A stretch of DNA of 63,454 bases, counting the filler, from Diploschistes diacapsis (taxonomy: Eukaryota), in the NCBI GenBank assembly GCA_023645945.1. It is 7 parts of 7 records of this genome, joined end to end, with 100 filler letters (N's around TTAATTAATTAA, not from the genome) between each part and the next. Parts side by side here need not be neighbours in the genome. Positions count along the whole stretch, not along the records: positions 54,493 to 63,454 come from JALAIB010001091.1; 6 more parts are not named here. One strand, written 5' to 3'. The translations under genes and the position numbers were made by a program. The notes under the pieces are model-generated. The model made no database searches. It saw nothing but the letters and a program-made list of their open reading frames with translations, and was not told the DNA's origin. Shown here one piece after another: positions 58,001 to 63,454 of the stretch (position 1 is the stretch's first letter; each line of letters begins with the position of its first letter).

Positions 58001-59454
58001 CGTGCCCGTCAGCAGCCCCAAAACTTTCTGGCAGAAATCGCAGTGAATCAAAATTCAACCCAAAACTCTAAAGGAAACACACCAGCCCCTAACCCAGAGT
58101 CGCCACCGGACCTGAAGCGAAAACCCGAGGAATTGACTCCAAATGGCAGGTCGACTGAAGATGGATCTCCCCAGACGAAGAAACAACGCACATTAAGCGG
58201 GTCGAAAACAGGGCCTGCGAGAAGACCTGCATGTGAATCCTGTCGGAAAAGCCGGAGAGCATGCAAGCATAGGGACGATCCATTGCTTGCTTCCTCGAAA
58301 CCAGAAGTCGCTCATGGGTCAATTACGGTGAACTCATCACCAACGAAGTCGACAGTCAAGAATGCAGAAGCTTCGTCGCCTCATGGATCGTCCGATGGCA
58401 AAACGCTCAGCATGCTTCACGTAGAAATAGTCAAACCTAATCCTCCGGTAGCTCAGTTAGAAGATGGAGAGGCTCAAGATGTCAACCCGGGAAACCAAAT
58501 TGACAGAAGCAGCATTACTCCCCAGTCTAAGTTACACGGTCGGACCAAGGCTTGCAAAGATTGTCGCAAAAGCAAGGTAAGTACTACTTATATAATTTGG
58601 CTCGAATCCTGCTAAAGCATCACAAGCGCCGTTGCATACACGATGAGTTTGGCAACGAAGACCCCACAAAGTTAGCTGAAGCGTCCCTTCCTCGTCCTGC
58701 TGCGAAGAGAAAGAAAGCACCACTTACAAGCCCGGAAACCCCCCCTCGAAAGAAGACGAAGCGGTTATCAGCCCACTTGGAGAACACCAGCGTTCCTGTG
58801 GTAGTGGCAGAAGAATTGGCTACGAGTGGAGCTCGGGACGCTTCTGCACGAGACGGCTTCGAGCAGGAAGAAACCTTGGTTCAATCAAATGGGTTGACTG
58901 AGGAAAAGTCGATTGCCGTTCCAGTGGATCCTATGCTCCTTAAGGAACCGCCAGTATCTCATGCTCCAGCGCATCCCCCAGTATTTAATCCCGAAGATCA
59001 GGTCAACCTGATCGCCACCTCCCCATTATCGGACGTCAAATGCGAGCAGCTAGGCGACGATCTGCACAACGTTCCAGCCCTCGCATCTTTGGTGTCACCG
59101 CCGGAATCGACGCACAATGATGCAGAAAGCACACCTCCAATTACCACCAAGCTGAAAAGTTTCACCCCTCCTACCACTTCTGCATCCTCCAGGCAGTCCT
59201 CCCACCCGGCTAGACAGCAAGCTGCAAGGTACACGCCTGAGTCAGGACCAGCTAGACGACCGAGCAGCAGCTCTGGTGGCGCTTTCACGCGCGAGAGCAA
59301 CTCCCCAACCGTAAGTATTGTTCCCAGCGTTGACTCACATAAGAAGGATAAGAGCCGGACGGCTTCGACAATAGATGCAGATGAGCAGAGCCTAAAGTTG
59401 ATTCGCGAACTACAAGCGCAGGATCTTGGCCTACGGCGCAGAGGCCGAAGCTGA
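55013..59454 (+). CDS. JHD1: JmjC histone H3K36 demethylase (KDM2/Jhd1 type) with PHD finger, 2 exons
   Basis: PHD CASC...WISCDGCRKWFHFACAG...YRCKAC; JmjC [84 protein letters not shown]. An intron at 58577-58626 joins CRKSK to RRCIH. Confidence 0.93.
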
Positions 59455-59973
59455 GTTTTGAGGATGAGCCGCTTGATAGGCGATGGCGTTTACGGTATTT
59501 GAATTTCTTGTTACTTGGGGTATTGGAGGAAGCATTTGTTTTGGGCCCGGATTGCGGTTACGGATAGTATGGTATACCCTGTGGATAGCTTGATTATAAT
59601 GATTCGAGATTCTCGGCTCGGGCAGGAATATAGGTTGTTGTAATTTGAGTCTGGACTGAGGTCAACCGTGGGCAATCAAATAATTGAACATGATAAACTT
59701 GCCTCCCTGAAAGTAGAATTACTATGCGTAACAACGTGCGTCAAGGAAGCCTTGGCATCACCATCCCAAACGAGAAAATATGGAACTTCATCCGAGCACA
59801 GTTGAAATTCTTGGATATAACGGCACGATAAATTGCTTAAGCATGTTTTATTAGCAACTAATGTCATTGTCAGTTATTGAAGTGGACAATACCCTTGGTT
59901 TACAACATTCATGGAATCTCTACAGGAGCTTTTCGAAATACCTTGAAAAGACTTTTAGAATCGGGCACTCCCC

Positions 59974-61866
59974 ATGGATAAAACAGTCGGCATCCTCGGC
60001 GGTGGCCAACTCGGCCGTATGCTCACGCTCGCCGCCAACGACCTAGGCATCAAAACCATAACCCTCGACGCCGCCGCCTGCCCGGCCAAACAGGTCGCCG
60101 CGCACGCCAAGCACGTGACCGGCTCCTTCCGCGATCCCGCCGCCATCAAGCGGCTGGCCGCCGCGTGCGACGTGCTGACGGCGGAGATCGAGCACGTCGA
60201 TACCGAGACGCTGGAGGACGTGAGCGCCGGCAGCGAGCTGAGGGCTGATTGGAAGAGGGTTGACGTGCCGATGGTGGACGTGCAGCCGGGCTGGGAGACC
60301 ATCAGGTGTATTCAGGACAAGTTCGAGCAGAAGGAGTGGCTGGTCAGGCATGGTGTTCCTGTTGCAAGGAGTGTAGCGGTGAAGGAACCACATGGGGAGC
60401 AGGAGGTGCGGGATGCGATGCGGATGATCGGGGGTTCTGGGTGGATGTTGAAGGCTCGGAGAGACGCGTACGATGGGCGCGGCAATTTTGTTGTTAAGGG
60501 TGAGAGGATGGTGCGGGAGGCAGTGGAGGCGCTTGGGGATAGGGCTTTGTATGTGGAAGAGTGGGCGGATTTCTCGAAGGAGTTGGCTGTTATGGTGGTT
60601 AAGATCAAGGATGATATCGAAGAGGGGTGGCAAGAGGCTACGCTGGCGTATCCGGTTGTGGAGACAGTGCATGAGGACTCAATTTGCAAGCTTGTGTATG
60701 CGCCAGCGAGAGGTGTAGAGGAAGAGATGAAGAGCAAGGCACAGGAGCTTGCCCGGAAGGCCGTTGCATCTTTCCGTGGAAAGGGAGTATTTGGAGTAGA
60801 GATGTTTTTACTCAAGAACAGTATGAATGTCACTGCTCTTAATCCTCTGACTTCGCTGATTAGGGCAGATGAACTACTTATCAATGAGATCGCTCCACGG
60901 CCACATAATTCTGGACACTATACCATCGAGGCATGCGCTATTTCACAGTTCGAAGCTCATTTAAGGGCAATCCTAGACCTACCATTACGACAAGAAGACC
61001 TTGAAGCCGACAGAGTATCAGTTATGGTAAACATCCTGGGTGGTCTGGAAGCGGAATCACACCTAAGGGTTGTGGAGAAGGCACTAACAATACCTCGAGC
61101 TGCGATTCACCTCTATGGAAAGGCAGAGGGAAGACCAGGCCGAAAAATGGGTCATGTTACAGTCACAGCAGTCTCGGTTGCGGTCGCTGAAAGGAAGATT
61201 GCTTCTTTGGTAGATGCTGTAGACGAGATTCGCGAGGAGAGACTAAAACCTAGACAAGCTTCAACAGCCATCAAAACAGCACAGAAGAAGCTATCGCCAG
61301 TCGTTGCCGTCACTATGGGTTCTGACTCCGACCTCAGCGTGCTCCTGCCGGGCATTAAATTCTTGGAGGATTTCAAGGTGCCTTACTACACTACGATCAA
61401 GTCCGCTCACCGAACGCCCGAAGCGATGGTTGAGTTCGCTAAAGACGCGGCATCCCAGGGAATAAAGATCATTATAGCGGCGGCCGGCGGCGCTGCCCAT
61501 CTACCTGGTATGGTCGCTGCTAATACTTGGCTTCCTGTCATCGGTGTTCCGGTCAAAGCAAGCACGCTCGATGGACTTGACAGCTTGTTGAGTATCGTTC
61601 AGATGCCGGTAAAGATCTTGCTCGGTCTTGCCTAAAGTGCTGTGTCCCGCTAACATTGCTTACAGAGAGGTTGCCCTGTCGCAAGCGTTGCCATCAACAA
61701 CTCTTTGAACGCAGCGCAGCTCGCCGTTCGCATCCTTGCAATCTCGGACGAGGACCTGAAAGAAAAGCTCCAGCAGTATTTGGACGCTCAAACTGTAGCG
61801 GTCATTAAGAAAGCTAGACGCATGGAAGAAATGGGCGCCTGTGCATACAGCAACGAGATAAAATAA
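59974..61866 (+). CDS. ADE2: Phosphoribosylaminoimidazole carboxylase (PurK+PurE fusion), 3 exons
   Basis: [95 protein letters not shown]. Introns at 60821-60868 and 61609-61665; TAA at 61864-61866. Confidence 0.97.
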
Positions 61867-62745
61867 ACGGTCTCTCTGGAATGAAGCTTTCGTCTTACCG
61901 CTATAACGTCGAAGTGCGGTTTTAGCCAGACCGACTTCTAAAAGTTATTGTTCCGCAGGCCCATGCATCCTGTTTCTCCTATCACCTGGCTGACTATATG
62001 CCAGAGCAGCCTCTTGTCTTCTCCTCTGTTCTCTCATGAAAGAAGTTCATGAAAATCAATAATTAACTAGCCTTATAGAGCTCCGACACCATCATAGCAC
62101 TAAGCGTTGGAGAGTGACTATCGAGCAGCCGCCGGGCTAGGTCCACAGACCCCAAGTCTAGAGGTAAAGGTCGAGACACCTTTTCCAACAAGATGCCAGG
62201 CTCCAAAACATTTCCATCTGTGAAGTCGACGAAGTTGACTCTTCCTGGTATGGCTTGATTGCCAATGCAACCTCTATTGGCCTCCAACTGTTGGCTTGGT
62301 CCCCGTTTTTCAGTTTGATAATCCCTGCTTTTTGCCTCCGTCACACAAGGAGGGAGTGGTGCAAGCTAACGGTTGGACGACGATAGTGGGTTGTAAGCCT
62401 TTGCTAGACTAAATGCCGTCTGATAGAAACAGTCTGGAAAGGGAAGGCAAAGTCACGGAAGACCAATTGTAGGAAGCTGCACGAGCTGGTGAAACAACAT
62501 GAGAGGGAAAGAGTGTCACTGTCAATGGCAACATCTCTGGGGCACTGGGAATGTCTTGTCTGAGTGTTCGAGCATCAGAGCAAAATCCTCACGGTTTTTA
62601 AAGACTCGAAACTCCCAATTCCATGTTCATCAAATTCACCAGTCCTCTCCGTCGTAACCAACAAAGAACCATTCTATATAATATCATGTGTTAGCGAGTA
62701 GCCTCCAAGTTCCTAAGCGAAGCAGTAAGTATTGAATAAAAAATC

Positions 62746-62910
62746 TTAGAACGCCCCTGCAGGAAAGGATACTACACAACCAGTGGCTAAGCCTAATCTG
62801 GAAGGATCACGTGTAAATAAGAAGTAACGAGATATAAATACTTCCCTAGGTCAGCCCTACAGCCCTAGGGGGTTCAACCCTTGAACCAACAAACGTTCAG
62901 GATGTTCTAA
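62746..62910 (+). repeat. LTR-like repeat fragment homologous to 63260-63454
   Basis: Shared blocks TAGAACGCCCCT, TACTACACAA, GCCTAATCTGGAAGGATCACGTGTA, TATAAATACT, GGGTTCAACCCTTGAACC. Confidence 0.75.
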
Positions 62911-62922
62911 ATCTAGACTTAA

Positions 62923-63454
62923 TGTCAGAATACTAACTGAAATAGGTTAGTCAGATTGCTTATTAAATTTTTAGTATGTTCGAATATTCTAGAATATAAT
63001 AAAATATTATCGAAGATTATCGAAGATTATTGAATATTCTAGAATAACGTGTTTTATCACTTAACGGATCATACCATAAAGCGGCTCACTACATTATAAT
63101 GTAGATGCGCTAGATAGTTTTAAGCGAACTTTTGAGCCCTACAACCACACATAAAATTACTTGTACGAAAGGTGAAAATGTTAAGAAATACATTTTACGA
63201 AGGTGTAGGGATTGTGAGCCGCTTTGTGGGGTGGGCCGTTAAGTGGTGAAACACGTTATTCTAGAACGCCCCTACAGGAATACTACACAATTAGGGGCTG
63301 AGCCTAATCTGGAAGGATCACGTGTAGCTGCAATCTGTAGGCTGAATGGTTCAGATTCGAAAAGGTGAAGAAGGAACTATCTAGGTGGGAGCAGGGCACA
63401 TATAAATACTGGGTGCTAGCCCTACCAGCCCTACCAGGGTTCAACCCTTGAACC
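62923..63454 (+). mobile_element. Probable LTR of a retrotransposon (starts TGTCAG), interrupted by a MITE and running off the window
   Basis: TG start, ~10-bp internal tandem units (GAATATTCTA/GAAGATTATC), TATAAATA box at ~63401, and a diverged second copy just upstream. Confidence 0.55.
63047..63256. mobile_element. 210-bp non-autonomous pogo/Fot1-type MITE
   Basis: TA flanks at 63045-46 and 63257-58. ~43-bp TIRs begin with ACGT: the left ACGTGTTTTATCACTTAACGGATCATACCATAAAGCGGCTCAC matches the reverse complement of the right, ACGTGTTTCACCACTTAACGGCCCACCCCACAAAGCGGCTCAC. No ORF. Confidence 0.85.

Noticed and set aside
29006..59454. A 'chromatin/demethylase cluster' of AlkB, JMJD5, the PHD protein and JHD1
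   Set aside because: The genes lie on three different contigs joined artificially. Only the AlkB and JMJD5 genes are truly adjacent.
62063..62740. Minus-strand gene downstream of ADE2
   Set aside because: The 93-aa ORF starts at GTG and upstream frames contain several stops. It could be a decayed gene, but nothing is recognisable.
1..63454. CRISPR arrays, rRNA, tRNA or prokaryotic defence operons
   Set aside because: The sequence is intron-containing fungal DNA. I saw no repeat-spacer arrays or recognisable structural RNA genes by eye; tRNAscan-SE/Infernal would be needed to exclude small RNAs.

Overview
Eukaryotic DNA from a filamentous ascomycete (Pezizomycotina, judged from the gene families, short GT-AG introns with CTRAC/CTAAA branch points, and RIP-like AT-rich transposon relics). 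The window is not a contiguous locus. It is seven ~9 kb contigs (8994, 8994, 8988, 8975, 8973, 8968, 8962 bp, i.e. sorted by length) joined by an artificial 100-bp linker, N44-TTAATTAATTAA-N44, so gene neighbourhood means something only within a contig. Contig 1: secreted GtaA-type glutaminase between two AT-rich relics. Contig 2: haspin kinase (truncated), RTA1 membrane protein, and a HET-6-like gene with an in-frame TGA. Contig 3: 899-aa low-complexity conserved hypothetical protein, TBC Rab-GAP, ALG2 (truncated). Contig 4: PEX7, CUE/AlkB/GRF-ZnF dioxygenase, JMJD5-like JmjC protein, Est1/SMG6-like protein. Contig 5: full-length RIP-inactivated Tc1-like (DD34E) transposon, DML1/misato, LHS1. 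Contig 6: CEX1/SCYL1 (truncated), an unexplained GC island, and a PHD/coiled-coil protein with 56-aa repeats. Contig 7: a repeat terminus shared with contig 1, JHD1, ADE2, and LTR-like repeats with a nested pogo/Fot1-type MITE. I found no convincing multi-gene novel system. The best leads are the unclassified hairpin-ended repeat, the CpG-sparing hypermutation signature, the HET gene with a single premature stop and a possible 31-nt intron, the tail-to-tail pair of 2OG dioxygenases, and the repeat-bearing PHD protein. Gene calls come from motif recognition, not database searches.
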